Shown: positions 48,902-59,646 of the stretch, piece by piece | Numbering within the stretch: the first letter of the stretch is position 1 | Layout of the letters: every line of letters starts with the position of its first letter | Virus record (IMG/VR): IMGVR_UViG_3300043077_000092 | Length of the DNA stretch: 64,000 nt | Origin: a virus | Taxonomy: Duplodnaviria; Caudoviricetes | Reading direction: 5' to 3' (one strand) | Program-made: the position numbers and the translations under genes | The notes under the pieces: model-generated | The model's database searches: none | The model's input: only the letters and a program-made list of their open reading frames with translations | Told to the model about the DNA's origin: nothing

Positions 48902-49408
48902 TTGCCTAGCTATTTGGACTCACTAGTTAAAGATTTATGCACGTTTAAAAAGCCTGAATTCTATATGTATAAGTTGCAAGATGGGGCTCATATCGTTATC
49001 AATAATAACGACAAGATTATATCGAATTCTCCCGGTAATCTCAGCCGATTCTATAATCAATTAAATGCGGCTGTTAAGGAGATTCGTATAAACGGACATA
49101 TTATGAGCAACTCTTCACCAGTTAGTGTATTTATACCTAACAAAGACAGAAATAATAATCCATATGATTTTATATTATCACTGACAATGGGAAGAATAAA
49201 CCCGACAAACAAAGATGAGATATTCGTTAACATTGGGTTCATTCCCGTAGACCGCAAAAGATTCTATCAGGAACGAGAATTTACTGCGACTATTAAAAAT
49301 TACAATGAATTAAAGAGATACGTTGGTGTAATTAAATCAGCAATGGATGATAATTTTAAGAAAGGAAAAGAAACAGATGGCAGAGAAGAAAGCAAAGTCA
49401 ACCAATAA
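48902..49408 (+). CDS. Hypothetical protein
   Basis: TTG start abutting upstream stop. Confidence 0.6.
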   Translation: MPSYLDSLVKDLCTFKKPEFYMYKLQDGAHIVINNNDKIISNSPGNLSRFYNQLNAAVKEIRINGHIMSNSSPVSVFIPNKDRNNNPYDFILSLTMGRINPTNKDEIFVNIGFIPVDRKRFYQEREFTATIKNYNELKRYVGVIKSAMDDNFKKGKETDGREESKVNQ

Positions 49409-49748
49409 GAAATTCATTATTGAGAAATCTGGGGAGAAAGTAAAACTTCAGATTAACGATGGGATTCTTTGGTTAGACGAAAAAGAAAGAGACAGAATTA
49501 TGGTAACTTTGAACAAGGCTATGGCTCCAGGTACAATCTCGTTCCCAATTCAGTCTAATGGTACATTCATCACATATGAGAATGGAACCATCGCAGTAAG
49601 TCTTAGTGTTGCAAAGTTGAATACAGATGGAACAACTTACATCATCTTCGCATCTTATCAGATGCCGGGCATGATTCAGTTTGAGACTGACATGTTCTAC
49701 GTAACCAGAGAGGTTATGGAAAAATTCATGCTTGCATTAGCAGGTTAA
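49377..49748 (+). CDS. Hypothetical protein
   Basis: MAEKKAKS after AAAGGA; 15-bp IR terminator 49759-49789 follows. Confidence 0.7.
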   Translation: MAEKKAKSTNKKFIIEKSGEKVKLQINDGILWLDEKERDRIMVTLNKAMAPGTISFPIQSNGTFITYENGTIAVSLSVAKLNTDGTTYIIFASYQMPGMIQFETDMFYVTREVMEKFMLALAG

Positions 49749-49852
49749 TTTCACAATCGGGGTATTGGGATTATTAATCCCAATACCCCATTATATTTTT
49801 GCACTATATTTTACAATTCTATAATTTTGGAAAGGAGGTAATATAATTCCTC

Positions 49853-51304
49853 ATGAGAAAGAATAGAATTTATGCTTACAATACGCATTACGAGATTTAC
49901 GACTATAAGTTGGGAGAATATAAGGACTTAGAAAGAGCACTTACGTATCATGACTTTACGGCATATTCGGATTATCCAAAGTTTATGTACGATAAGGAGA
50001 ACCAGACTTTATTCATACCTCGTGGATTTGATAGTTATATATTGGAACAATGGAACGGTAAACCAGTTACAGTAGTAACAAACGAAACAGAACCTGTCCC
50101 AATTAACTTTACAATGAAACTATCTCCAAAGGATGATAATCAGAAAAAGGCTATAAGGTTTTTATCTGGCGAAGAAGAGTTCAAATCAATGGCAATGAAT
50201 CCTCAGAAAGTTCTTATTATGCCACCAAGTGCAGGTAAAACTTATTGTACAATGGCGGCTATACAAAAACTCCATGTAAGAGCATTGATTATAATGCATA
50301 CTCAGACTTTAAAGGAACAATGGATTGAACGTATTAAAGAATATACGAATATGGGTGGTCCAAACATTGTTGAACTTACTTCATCTCAGCAACTTCATGC
50401 TTATATGAAGAAGAAACCAAGTTCCAATCAAAAGATATTCATATCCACCAGAAGTTTATTGATTTCATATTGTGATAGATATGGGGTAGATGGATTATCT
50501 GAAGTAATTAATCGAATGGGAATAGGAGTAAAGGTATTTGACGAAGCTCATAAAGAATATGCAAGGACATTATTCATTGACTATGTAACGAATGTAAAGT
50601 GGACGTTCTATCTTACTGCAACATTTCAGTTATCCAACTATGGAGAAAACCAAGTATTTCAAAGAGCATTCAATATGGTTCCTAAGTTACAGATTAAGAG
50701 AGATGATTCAGCAAGGCATATTGTATACCTTGCAGTTATATTCAACTCTCATCCAAATCCAATGGAAGAGATTCGTATCACTGGAAAGAAACGTGGATTT
50801 GATAGATTTGCTTATATTGACTATGAACTTGAGAAAGGAATTCTTGAGAGAGAAGTTCGATATATGATTGACTTCTTTTTAAATAAGAAGAATATGACAG
50901 GTAAAACTCTTATTCTATCTTCAAAGAAATCTACGTGTAATTATTTTAGTGATATTGCAAAAGATGAAACCGATAATAAGTATCGAACTTGTGCATTTTA
51001 TACAGGGAATAAGGTCGATAATTATAAAGGGTATGATATCATATCTGCTACAGCTCAGATGTTAGGTACTGGGGAAGATATTCCCGGGCTTAGATTTATG
51101 CTTAATACAGAACCATGTGCATCATTACCAAATACAGACCAGTTCTCTGGGAGATTAAGACCATTCGAGGGTGGAACGAAAGATACTTTCTATGTAGAGT
51201 TTATTGATATTGGTTTTGAGAAGGTCTATCAATGGTATCGGCGTAGAGAGAAACTGTTAAGAACAAAAGTTAAGACAGTCCATGAACTAAAACATATAAC
51301 CTAG
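49853..51304 (+). CDS. Superfamily 2 DEAH helicase (UvsW/Rad25-like)
   Basis: PPSAGKT, FDEAH, LTAT, GEDIPGL, QFSGRLR. Confidence 0.9.
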   Translation: MRKNRIYAYNTHYEIYDYKLGEYKDLERALTYHDFTAYSDYPKFMYDKENQTLFIPRGFDSYILEQWNGKPVTVVTNETEPVPINFTMKLSPKDDNQKKAIRFLSGEEEFKSMAMNPQKVLIMPPSAGKTYCTMAAIQKLHVRALIIMHTQTLKEQWIERIKEYTNMGGPNIVELTSSQQLHAYMKKKPSSNQKIFISTRSLLISYCDRYGVDGLSEVINRMGIGVKVFDEAHKEYARTLFIDYVTNVKWTFYLTATFQLSNYGENQVFQRAFNMVPKLQIKRDDSARHIVYLAVIFNSHPNPMEEIRITGKKRGFDRFAYIDYELEKGILEREVRYMIDFFLNKKNMTGKTLILSSKKSTCNYFSDIAKDETDNKYRTCAFYTGNKVDNYKGYDIISATAQMLGTGEDIPGLRFMLNTEPCASLPNTDQFSGRLRPFEGGTKDTFYVEFIDIGFEKVYQWYRRREKLLRTKVKTVHELKHIT

Positions 51305-51331
51305 CTATTATGAAACCGAGGTGATGATGAG

Positions 51332-51952
51332 ATGGAACAAAGGAAACTATTACTTGTTGATGAAGATACCATAAGAGACATTAATCCATTAAAGATTGTA
51401 TTTCTTGATATCGATGGGGTACTTAATGGATATAACAAATGGACTTGGAGATTATGTAGTATAATAGATTTTCTCCACCTAAGAGTATGGTTCAATAGGC
51501 ACTATGATATATTTGGAATACGACCTTATAAGGTATATCTACTATCAAAGATTATCAGAAAAACAAATTCCAAAGTAGTCATCAGTAGTAGTTGGAGAGC
51601 TGGATTTTTAGTTGATAACATTAAAGATTCGAGACTGTATAAGTTAAAGAAGTATTTAAAGAAATACGATATAGAGGTTATTGGGATTACTCCTCGTGCA
51701 AAGGATGGATGTCCTAGTAACCTCATACGAGAAACTGAAATAAGAACTTTTCTAAAGATGATAAACGATATCAATAAAGTTACAAGTTATGTAGTACTAG
51801 ATGACGAGTCATTCGATTTACAGGGATTTGTTGGTCATCATTTGGTTCAGACCGGTGAAGTATCTGAAACTATAATGGGACGTCCCAAAGAAGATACAGG
51901 TCTAAAGAGGAAACATGTGAAACGAGCAATTGAGATTTTAAATATGGGGTAA
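51332..51952 (+). CDS. HAD-family phosphatase (Swiss-Army-knife RNA-repair-like HAD)
   Basis: FLDIDGVLN, VVISSSWR, VVLDDE, GL. Confidence 0.85.
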   Translation: MEQRKLLLVDEDTIRDINPLKIVFLDIDGVLNGYNKWTWRLCSIIDFLHLRVWFNRHYDIFGIRPYKVYLLSKIIRKTNSKVVISSSWRAGFLVDNIKDSRLYKLKKYLKKYDIEVIGITPRAKDGCPSNLIRETEIRTFLKMINDINKVTSYVVLDDESFDLQGFVGHHLVQTGEVSETIMGRPKEDTGLKRKHVKRAIEILNMG

Positions 51953-51985
51953 ATATAAAACTAGAATTGGGGGTGGCGTTAAGAA

Positions 51986-52237
51986 ATGGCTGCAAAGAAT
52001 CAATATTGTTTTAACCAAAAGTGTTTATGTTCTAATTGTAAGAATTACTGTCCTATGTGTAAGTTCAAGCATAAGGATGAACCAGAGAATTGTCGGACTA
52101 CTACGTGTGACCACTATGAGAAGTTATCGTTTCAGGAGTATATTAGTATTGAGGAATATCAAGATTCACCTGTTGGTGAAAGGTTGTATAATACTATAGA
52201 AAGGAGGAACGTGAATGAGGATGTTCGAATTGGCTAA
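51986..52237 (+). CDS. Small Cys-rich protein
   Basis: CFNQKCLCSNCKNYCPMC..CRTTTCDHY. Confidence 0.6.
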   Translation: MAAKNQYCFNQKCLCSNCKNYCPMCKFKHKDEPENCRTTTCDHYEKLSFQEYISIEEYQDSPVGERLYNTIERRNVNEDVRIG

Positions 52238-52550
52238 GAGGAGAATTAAACACCTTGCCAATACAAATCAGTATCTTCAGGATGAAGAGGACCTCACGTT
52301 TAGTGATGAACAGATTAGAAGACTTGATGAGATAAATAATGCAGCAGATGAATTCTGTAGAGTTATTCTCAATGATCCAAACTATGACCATGATATGTCT
52401 ATTACAGGAGATATAATTGATTATACAGTAGAGTTGTTAAACGATTTAGGTTATACGATCTATTATCCTGCGATTGTTTGGAGTGAGGATACGGGGGACT
52501 CTACAATCTGTGATTATTCATTCCCACCAAGAGATTGTGAGAAAATTTAA
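52215..52550 (+). CDS. Hypothetical acidic protein
   Basis: SD AAGGAGG. Confidence 0.65.
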   Translation: MRMFELAKRRIKHLANTNQYLQDEEDLTFSDEQIRRLDEINNAADEFCRVILNDPNYDHDMSITGDIIDYTVELLNDLGYTIYYPAIVWSEDTGDSTICDYSFPPRDCEKI

Positions 52551-52705
52551 CTTATGATAGGTCTATTCACAAGTATATAGACGGATGTAAAAGGGGAACA
52601 ATATGCTGTGAACCGTGTTGATAAATGAAGCAGAGCAGGGCTATCAGGATGAATCAATACCTGAGCGTGATGCACAGCGATTTGTGAGATTTTTACAAAG
52701 TTATT

Positions 52706-52744
52706 GAGAGAACTGGAAACCAATATTCCAGTTCTCTCTTTTTT
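52706..52744. terminator. Terminator between convergent genes
   Basis: GAGAGAACTGGAA / TTCCAGTTCTCTC + T-tract. Confidence 0.8.
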
Positions 52745-55347
52745 TATTCTGAACCGCTATCCGATTCTTCTTCTCCAGATTCAGATTCTCTTTTTTGTTG
52801 TATCTTGTTGAAGAGATTAGCCTGACGAGCTTTCATGATTGCTTTATTCTGCATATCAGGGAGTAATTCCCATGGAGCAGAAGGAGTACGTTCAATTAAG
52901 AGTTGTCTTGTCATATCTTCAATAATGAACGCAGTAATCTCAGGCGGATTTGTATTATCTCCACCAACCCAATACTTAACCATAGACTCACATACACCAG
53001 CATTATCATTCAACTGTTGAGATGTCATATTGTTATTGATAACTTTAGACTCTCTTAGGGAAATCTTCATCTTATCCAGTATATTATCAGGTATTGCATT
53101 TGGATAACAATGTCTGACAATTGTCTTTGCTGTTATGGTAAGAGGTTCATTGAAATCTCTCTTTATACCATTACACCTTGTAAGATGTTTGATGTTAGCC
53201 ATACCAAGCATAGTTGCATATTCAATCTCATCTACATAGTCTACCATTACTGCGGGTACACCAGTAGCACCAATTGCCATCTTCTTTAAGTCTGTAATAA
53301 AGTCATTGTGAAGGTCAATCTGCTGACCAGATACAACGTCCATTTCAAATGGTTTAATCTCACTTGTACCCATGTTGATAAAGTATCTCTTATTGATTGC
53401 TCTATTACCATGTAAGATATTGCCATTTGCAATCTGAATAGGATCAACATTGCTGTCTTCCAACTGATCCATCATATCAGAAATCTGGTTGTTAATCTGA
53501 CCATCCAATGCACTTTCTTTCAGATAGTAGAATTCACTATCTGTAGATTTTGTAATAATGGCAGTTGTGTAAAAAAGAACCAATGATGTATATAATCTGG
53601 CATATAATAACGAACGAAGCATAACAGGTTGTCCGTTATCGTGCTCATCCAGATTTGTTTTCCACGGAATGATGTAATCTGGGCGTACGAACTTTATCCT
53701 TATAGGGTTATCTCTTTTTTCTGCATAGAGAATACAGTTAAGAACCATACTTCTAAGCTGTTTATCGCCCTTTAAGATATCTCCATACTCCAAGTTCTTA
53801 AGTACCGAATCAACGATACCATCAATGACCATACTTCTCTGATTAAAGTTCATCTGATTGGACATAATGTCTGAAACAGATGTACCCATCTTTGCATAGT
53901 CATAGTTCTCAAAGTAGTAATACCCAACCGTATAATCAAAAATCTTAATTGGGATTAACTGACGAGGATCAACAAGTTTGATATGACACCCAATCATATC
54001 TTCAGATGCTTTCATCTGGTCAGGTGTAATGCCATCTGAACCGAGCATCGTTGTTACTGCTGATGCAGAATTCTTTGTCGTTTCACGTTTCTTCGATGCC
54101 TTATCAGCCAAGTCATTAAGAGTTTCATTGTCCGCGATACTACCAACATCTGGTTTTTCCTCCTGAACTAATTTTGTAAAGTCTGTAATGCTACTAGAAC
54201 CGCAATAATCAGCAAGACTTTCCCCATTAACGTACATTGACATACGGATGTCTGATTTCGTAGTAGGATTATTTGGATCAAGTTCTTTCTCAGCCTTTTT
54301 CATTGCAGCATTGATAGCATTCTGGATTGATTTGTTGAGACTTTTGTGTGTTCCAAGACCTTCAAAGTCAGGAACGGAATCATCTTCACAAACGAATATA
54401 TTTTTTGCATTATTCTTGATTGTTTCGATTGTCTTTTGAACATCTTCAGATAATTCTTTACCATCATTCTCTGTATTAGGGTTTAATGATTCAAATAAAG
54501 CAGTTACCCCTTCCATACAAGAGTTATAGTCAGAACCATCTCCTTCATCACTAAACAATGCGTGAGTATCTGTTGATTCATAGAACGGATACCCTCCATA
54601 TCCCATTCCATGAGTTCCATTTAAAGCCATGAGTTTTGGTCCGATTTCACTATAGGGGATAATCATGATGTAATATGTACCATACTTGATTGCCTTTGGT
54701 ACAACATGGTCACGTATCTTAACCGATATATTCTGATAAGTAAGGGCTTTCTTAACGATTGATACATAAGAACTCACATCGTCAGTTACACCCGGAAAAT
54801 CTACGTTCATACTGATGTCTTCGTTTACTTGTTCTGCACGAAGTACATTATCTCTTGTAATGAGATTTGCCTCCTCCAATTGATAGAAGTAACCGCAAAC
54901 GGAATCTATCTCATCATATATATGAATAATATCAGAGGACGTTGACAAAAAATAAGAAGCAACCTGAGTATCGCCCATTGTAAAGAGCTTATCCAGTTGC
55001 ATATTCTTAAGCATTTTATCCTGAGCAGGATTTCCTGTCGAGAATTTTGAATTCTGAAATGCCTTAGAAGCATTCCCATAGGTTTTATTTCCACCAAGTA
55101 GTGCATTTACAATATAATCGTAAGTACTATCAGTTGGGTCTTTTGACGAACGAATACCCTGATAGTCCTGCTGAATGATGTTGTTATACCTATGATGTAT
55201 ATTCAACAATTCTTCTGAACGACCAGAATCATCACCGGTTAAAGCAGAAGATTCTGAACGGAGTAATTCTACAAGTTCTCTGTTCATATCATTCATACGA
55301 CTTACCTGACGATTCATTCCAGCGTCATTAGAAGTTTTCTTTGCCAT
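52744..55347 (-). CDS. Probable portal protein
   Basis: 867 aa; KYGTYYIMI, IKLVDPRQLIPI and ATGVPAVMVD segments resemble T4 gp20-like portals. Confidence 0.55.
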   Translation of the reverse strand: MAKKTSNDAGMNRQVSRMNDMNRELVELLRSESSALTGDDSGRSEELLNIHHRYNNIIQQDYQGIRSSKDPTDSTYDYIVNALLGGNKTYGNASKAFQNSKFSTGNPAQDKMLKNMQLDKLFTMGDTQVASYFLSTSSDIIHIYDEIDSVCGYFYQLEEANLITRDNVLRAEQVNEDISMNVDFPGVTDDVSSYVSIVKKALTYQNISVKIRDHVVPKAIKYGTYYIMIIPYSEIGPKLMALNGTHGMGYGGYPFYESTDTHALFSDEGDGSDYNSCMEGVTALFESLNPNTENDGKELSEDVQKTIETIKNNAKNIFVCEDDSVPDFEGLGTHKSLNKSIQNAINAAMKKAEKELDPNNPTTKSDIRMSMYVNGESLADYCGSSSITDFTKLVQEEKPDVGSIADNETLNDLADKASKKRETTKNSASAVTTMLGSDGITPDQMKASEDMIGCHIKLVDPRQLIPIKIFDYTVGYYYFENYDYAKMGTSVSDIMSNQMNFNQRSMVIDGIVDSVLKNLEYGDILKGDKQLRSMVLNCILYAEKRDNPIRIKFVRPDYIIPWKTNLDEHDNGQPVMLRSLLYARLYTSLVLFYTTAIITKSTDSEFYYLKESALDGQINNQISDMMDQLEDSNVDPIQIANGNILHGNRAINKRYFINMGTSEIKPFEMDVVSGQQIDLHNDFITDLKKMAIGATGVPAVMVDYVDEIEYATMLGMANIKHLTRCNGIKRDFNEPLTITAKTIVRHCYPNAIPDNILDKMKISLRESKVINNNMTSQQLNDNAGVCESMVKYWVGGDNTNPPEITAFIIEDMTRQLLIERTPSAPWELLPDMQNKAIMKARQANLFNKIQQKRESESGEEESDSGSE

Positions 55348-55483
55348 GATAGGTTCTCCTTTCTTTTATTTTCTTAGCGTTAAACACTATTTATTACTTT
55401 TGTGCAAAAAGAATATATTTACGAGACAAAAAAAAAGAATATGGATTGGTGGAAATTCCACCAATCCATTCTAAAGTTATCCT

Positions 55484-55966
55484 TTATGCTGAATAAACTG
55501 TAATCTCAACATATGCAAAGGTATGAGCCTTTCCCGGGAATAAAGTTTCCCACATCACATGGTTCAGATTCTCTTTACCAATAAATACATCTTTACTTCC
55601 GTCTTCCATTTCTTTAACTGTGAGTGTATTGCAGACCTCTCCGCAAATACCACCTGAGTTATTATCGTAATGACTAGTCCAAGCATTTACGATTTCCTTT
55701 GTGTCAAATAACAAATCCCTCTTCTTAACCTGAACTGTACGGATTGTTATAGGTACTGATGTTTCACCCTGTAAACAGTCGATAATGAATCCTGTTAAGT
55801 CGACTATCTCTCCAAACGATACTAATGTCTGGGGAGTTTCTGTAAGTAACGTAGTTGTACCCTGATATTCTTCAACGGCTACAACTGGATCGTCTAATGA
55901 TTTAGGTTTTGTAAATTCACCCCTTGTAATGATAATTTGCATAGTTGATTGTTTCATTGCTGTCAT
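55484..55966 (-). CDS. Hypothetical protein
   Basis: 160-aa ORF in operon. Confidence 0.65.
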   Translation of the reverse strand: MTAMKQSTMQIIITRGEFTKPKSLDDPVVAVEEYQGTTTLLTETPQTLVSFGEIVDLTGFIIDCLQGETSVPITIRTVQVKKRDLLFDTKEIVNAWTSHYDNNSGGICGEVCNTLTVKEMEDGSKDVFIGKENLNHVMWETLFPGKAHTFAYVEITVYSA

Positions 55967-55977
55967 CCTCCAAATTG

Positions 55978-56508
55978 TTAAAATAAATTATTTATCTCGT
56001 GTTTATCACAGAAAACCATGTTTATATTATGACCGAGCATAAGCATGTCGTATTCAAGCATATCAATGTCATCATATACAACCCCATGAAGATAGGCATA
56101 CATGTGACCGTCTACAGATATCAGATACTTTCCAAACTTATGGGTTGCTAAGAACGTAGCCGCCGACATATCATCGTTTGGTATTACTCCTGTATATCCT
56201 TCACCATCCAGCATTTCAGCAATTGTGACTAGATGGTTCATAATGTATCCGCCCTTAATTCCAATATGGGCTAACTCTGAATATACGTAATCGTATTGCT
56301 CTTTCCAATCTCCGTCATCAGGTAATAATAACTTAGCCACCGCACGTACTGCACAATCATCACCGTTGTGGTTTCTATACGGATTAGTGATAGCCTTTGT
56401 ATCTACTTTAATCAGGTGCCATAAATCATATTTCCCTTCGACATATTCTTCAGGTGTATCAGCCTTTATGATATTACCACTAAGGCTGAGTAATTCATCT
56501 TTGTCCAT
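55978..56508 (-). CDS. Putative papain-fold cysteine peptidase-like protein
   Basis: NP..GDDCAVRA, GHMYA, VVYD (Cys-His-Asp pattern). Confidence 0.55.
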   Translation of the reverse strand: MDKDELLSLSGNIIKADTPEEYVEGKYDLWHLIKVDTKAITNPYRNHNGDDCAVRAVAKLLLPDDGDWKEQYDYVYSELAHIGIKGGYIMNHLVTIAEMLDGEGYTGVIPNDDMSAATFLATHKFGKYLISVDGHMYAYLHGVVYDDIDMLEYDMLMLGHNINMVFCDKHEINNLF

Positions 56509-56524
56509 ATTTTTACCATCTCCT

Positions 56525-57316
56525 TTAGATTTCGTTATATATCAACACCAAGTATTCATGGATGGTATTGACCGTAATGTTTAAACTCTGACCGCATTTA
56601 TATATCGCATGAATGCGCAATATTGCGACATCAGATTGATCAGATGGGAACGTAGTATATTCTCCTGCAAGAGCAATAGGAGTATCCATTCTGGAAACTC
56701 CTGCTAAGCAGAATAATGAACGAGCTAATCTCGTTGCTACAGTTCTTCCTCTAGTTTCTTTATGGATATTGAAAATTCCATTGTTTCTAATATTGATTAA
56801 ATCTTTATCTGTAAATGTATCCCAACCTGCATGAAGCGAATCGTTTGATTCAGTATTTGATTCCTCTCCTGCTATCGGGAATAAATCATCAAACCATGTA
56901 ACTGAATTTGCTACATTCTTGATGTTATCTGTAGTTTCACCCGTAATAAGTCTTGCAACGTCGATTGCGTAATTCCCTAACTGAATACCAATCAATTCTT
57001 CAGTTCTAAAATACTCAATATTCTTACGACAATCCATATCATTTTCTTGGGCTCTTTGAATTTCTGATATAATGGTTTCTATATCACTAACCATATATAC
57101 CCCGTCTTCTACGTAACATTCATCCATGAATAATGGGTCTTTTACAATATGTCTTCCGGGATATTTATCAGTAGTGCCCGACTTTATATTACGTTCTGTA
57201 GCAATGTATATATCATTTTTGATAATGTAATCATGACCAATCTTGGATAATCTTCCAAGGAACGATACCCAAGAATCAAAGTCTTTACACTTTAGTTTCA
57301 TTTGGAGTTTCTCCAT
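56525..57316 (-). CDS. Hypothetical protein
   Basis: 263 aa, SD AGGAGG. Confidence 0.7.
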   Translation of the reverse strand: MEKLQMKLKCKDFDSWVSFLGRLSKIGHDYIIKNDIYIATERNIKSGTTDKYPGRHIVKDPLFMDECYVEDGVYMVSDIETIISEIQRAQENDMDCRKNIEYFRTEELIGIQLGNYAIDVARLITGETTDNIKNVANSVTWFDDLFPIAGEESNTESNDSLHAGWDTFTDKDLINIRNNGIFNIHKETRGRTVATRLARSLFCLAGVSRMDTPIALAGEYTTFPSDQSDVAILRIHAIYKCGQSLNITVNTIHEYLVLIYNEI

Positions 57317-57486
57317 CGTCAGATTTCCCTCCTTTAATATCTTCCCTTGGTATTACAGGTACAGATTCTTTTAGTACCCCAGTAATAAGTTCTTCTGGTA
57401 TTCCAGTACGAGCAATTACAAACGCCGTTCTACCTAATTCCTTTATCAAGTATTCATCTACTACTGAATCCTGACTCTGTTTGATT

Positions 57487-58125
57487 TTACCATATTGCCT
57501 CATTGATTCTTCTCCTCCACAGTTCAAGTATAGTTGAATAATCTTCTGGTATGTTAGGTCGAGGTGGTTCGATACTACAATAAGGTTTCGGTATAAAACC
57601 TCTCGGTACACGGTTTTTGTTGACCGGAACCTCCTTCATTGTATCACCACCAAATTCTCCATCAGACGGATAGTACCTCTTATTTCGATTAACACAATCA
57701 AGTGTTTGTAGGGTAGAGCTATGTCGACTGTATTCGTCATCGGTAGATTTCCGATTAATCCGTTTAACTTCATACTTACCTGAATAAATCGGAGTACAGT
57801 ATCTCTCCTTAATACCGATTGACTTAGTGAACGCATATCTTAATAAATGCGGGCATTGTTCAAATGTAATCTCCCAATACCGCTTATTATAAAACATATC
57901 GAAGGATTCATTCCCAATAAGATAGTATCCATCAATATCCTTGTTAAATGGTTTATACGTATTTACCATATGACACTTAAATATAGAAGACGGATTCATA
58001 ATCCTCAGTATAGTCGGGTCTCTGTCTTCATCACCAATACATTTGTATCTCCTAAAATATTTATGCAAGTGGTGTGTTAGTCTTTTACTTGCCCAGCACC
58101 TCTCATCAATCCCATTTTTCCACAT
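57487..58125 (-). CDS. Hypothetical basic protein
   Basis: GTG start after AAAGGAGG. Confidence 0.6.
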   Translation of the reverse strand: MWKNGIDERCWASKRLTHHLHKYFRRYKCIGDEDRDPTILRIMNPSSIFKCHMVNTYKPFNKDIDGYYLIGNESFDMFYNKRYWEITFEQCPHLLRYAFTKSIGIKERYCTPIYSGKYEVKRINRKSTDDEYSRHSSTLQTLDCVNRNKRYYPSDGEFGGDTMKEVPVNKNRVPRGFIPKPYCSIEPPRPNIPEDYSTILELWRRRINEAIW

Positions 58126-58404
58126 AGTAATCCCTCCTTTATTTTTGTTTTCTTAAATTCAGCCTCATCTGATTTCCTTCATATCTACGATAAGATTTCT
58201 GATATCTTTTGGTTGATCCGTTACTTAAGCAAGATTTAATAGAGTCTAAAAAGGCTCTGTTAATGCATTCTTCACTCAAAGGTTGTTTCAATACTGCTCT
58301 ATTCATGTCTCAAATCTCCTTATAAGCGTTTTATATTAAAGTTTCTAGCATAACAAAAAACCATTTTCCTGATATCAGGAAAATGGTTTCTGTAGTTTTA
58401 TTCT

Positions 58405-58611
58405 TTATAGCGAGCTAGTGTGAAATGTATAAAATCCTCTGATCTCACCGTCTACTCGTAAAGGAATTATCTCACTTTCTTTATAACCCTTTTTAATTAA
58501 TTCTTTATATGTTTCATATGGGTCTTTTGGTGTTTCTTCAAGTTTGTTCAAATCTGTCTCATCATATATCAGAGACGTTGATTTTGTTCCATATTGCTTA
58601 TCACCTTTCAT
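58405..58611 (-). CDS. Small hypothetical protein
   Basis: ATGA overlap with DUF488 gene. Confidence 0.5.
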   Translation of the reverse strand: MKGDKQYGTKSTSLIYDETDLNKLEETPKDPYETYKELIKKGYKESEIIPLRVDGEIRGFYTFHTSSL

Positions 58612-59039
58612 ATAAGCAACTCCTCACATTGAATATTATGCTTAGTAAACCATTCCGTCACAATATGCCTATGACAGAATTTATCAACTGGTTCATAGCA
58701 TACAAGAACAATTCCAAATTTAGATTGAACTTCATCTAACGTATAAACGTTGCCGTCAAATTCAGCACCGTTTTGTCTCTCCAACAATGGAGCAGTTAAT
58801 TCCCATAATTCATGGTTTACTACATTAGGGTCTAATTGTTCCAACTGATTCATATAGATTTCCCTGTACTTAATCTCCGATACTTTACCATTCTTATAGT
58901 CGGTTAATAAAGTTCTTGATGGAGCAAGTTTCGGATAAGATTGACCACTATACCAGTTTGGATTAAACCTTGCTATTGAAACAGGGACTAATGTATTAGG
59001 GAATTTTCTAATCTTTGCGAAATAGCTTGTGTAAATCAT
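58608..59039 (-). CDS. DUF488-family protein
   Basis: MIYTSYFA, LAPS, LVCYE..FCHRHIV. Confidence 0.85.
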   Translation of the reverse strand: MIYTSYFAKIRKFPNTLVPVSIARFNPNWYSGQSYPKLAPSRTLLTDYKNGKVSEIKYREIYMNQLEQLDPNVVNHELWELTAPLLERQNGAEFDGNVYTLDEVQSKFGIVLVCYEPVDKFCHRHIVTEWFTKHNIQCEELLI

Positions 59040-59049
59040 TGTATCCCCC

Positions 59050-59424
59050 TTACTTTATGATATGTTTTATCAATGAGACATCCACGTATTTTGTGTTGAT
59101 CAATATATACCCAAACTCTGGTACTGGGTCACCATTATCTGAATAGTGACGGTTTAGAATTATATCATCTGAATCCAATGGTATTTTTATCTTACCATAA
59201 GTAATCCTCATATGTCTATCAAATCTTTCACCGTATACATAGTGTTCAGTACCATTCATAGCAACACCAACAGGTTTGGATAGAAAGTCAGGAAGTGTTC
59301 TAATGACTATACCGCCTGCATATTTAATCTTCATCTTGTAGACTGGAAACGCATACTCCAACTTTTCGTTCTTATACATTTTCCTACGTATGTAACGCAG
59401 TCTTAAATCAGATAGTAATCTCAT
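59050..59424 (-). CDS. Hypothetical protein
   Basis: SD AAGGAGG. Confidence 0.65.
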   Translation of the reverse strand: MRLLSDLRLRYIRRKMYKNEKLEYAFPVYKMKIKYAGGIVIRTLPDFLSKPVGVAMNGTEHYVYGERFDRHMRITYGKIKIPLDSDDIILNRHYSDNGDPVPEFGYILINTKYVDVSLIKHIIK

Positions 59425-59427
59425 GTA

Positions 59428-59610
59428 TTAGAACCTCCTTCGACGATTATGGTTAGCCCAGCTCTGATACGCAGCCAATTGTTCTTCAGTCATCATATGT
59501 ATTGCCGATGACATTATTAAGCGGTTGTTTGCTTTCCTGAATCTTCTCATGAATGTCTCCATTTTAATTCTCATACGTAAATCATCGATCATCTCTTTAA
59601 TTCTTCTCAT
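59428..59610 (-). CDS. Small basic protein
   Basis: SD AAAGGAG. Confidence 0.55.
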   Translation of the reverse strand: MRRIKEMIDDLRMRIKMETFMRRFRKANNRLIMSSAIHMMTEEQLAAYQSWANHNRRRRF

Positions 59611-59646
59611 AGCACTTTTTCTCCTTTACTTCCTTTATTACTAGAT

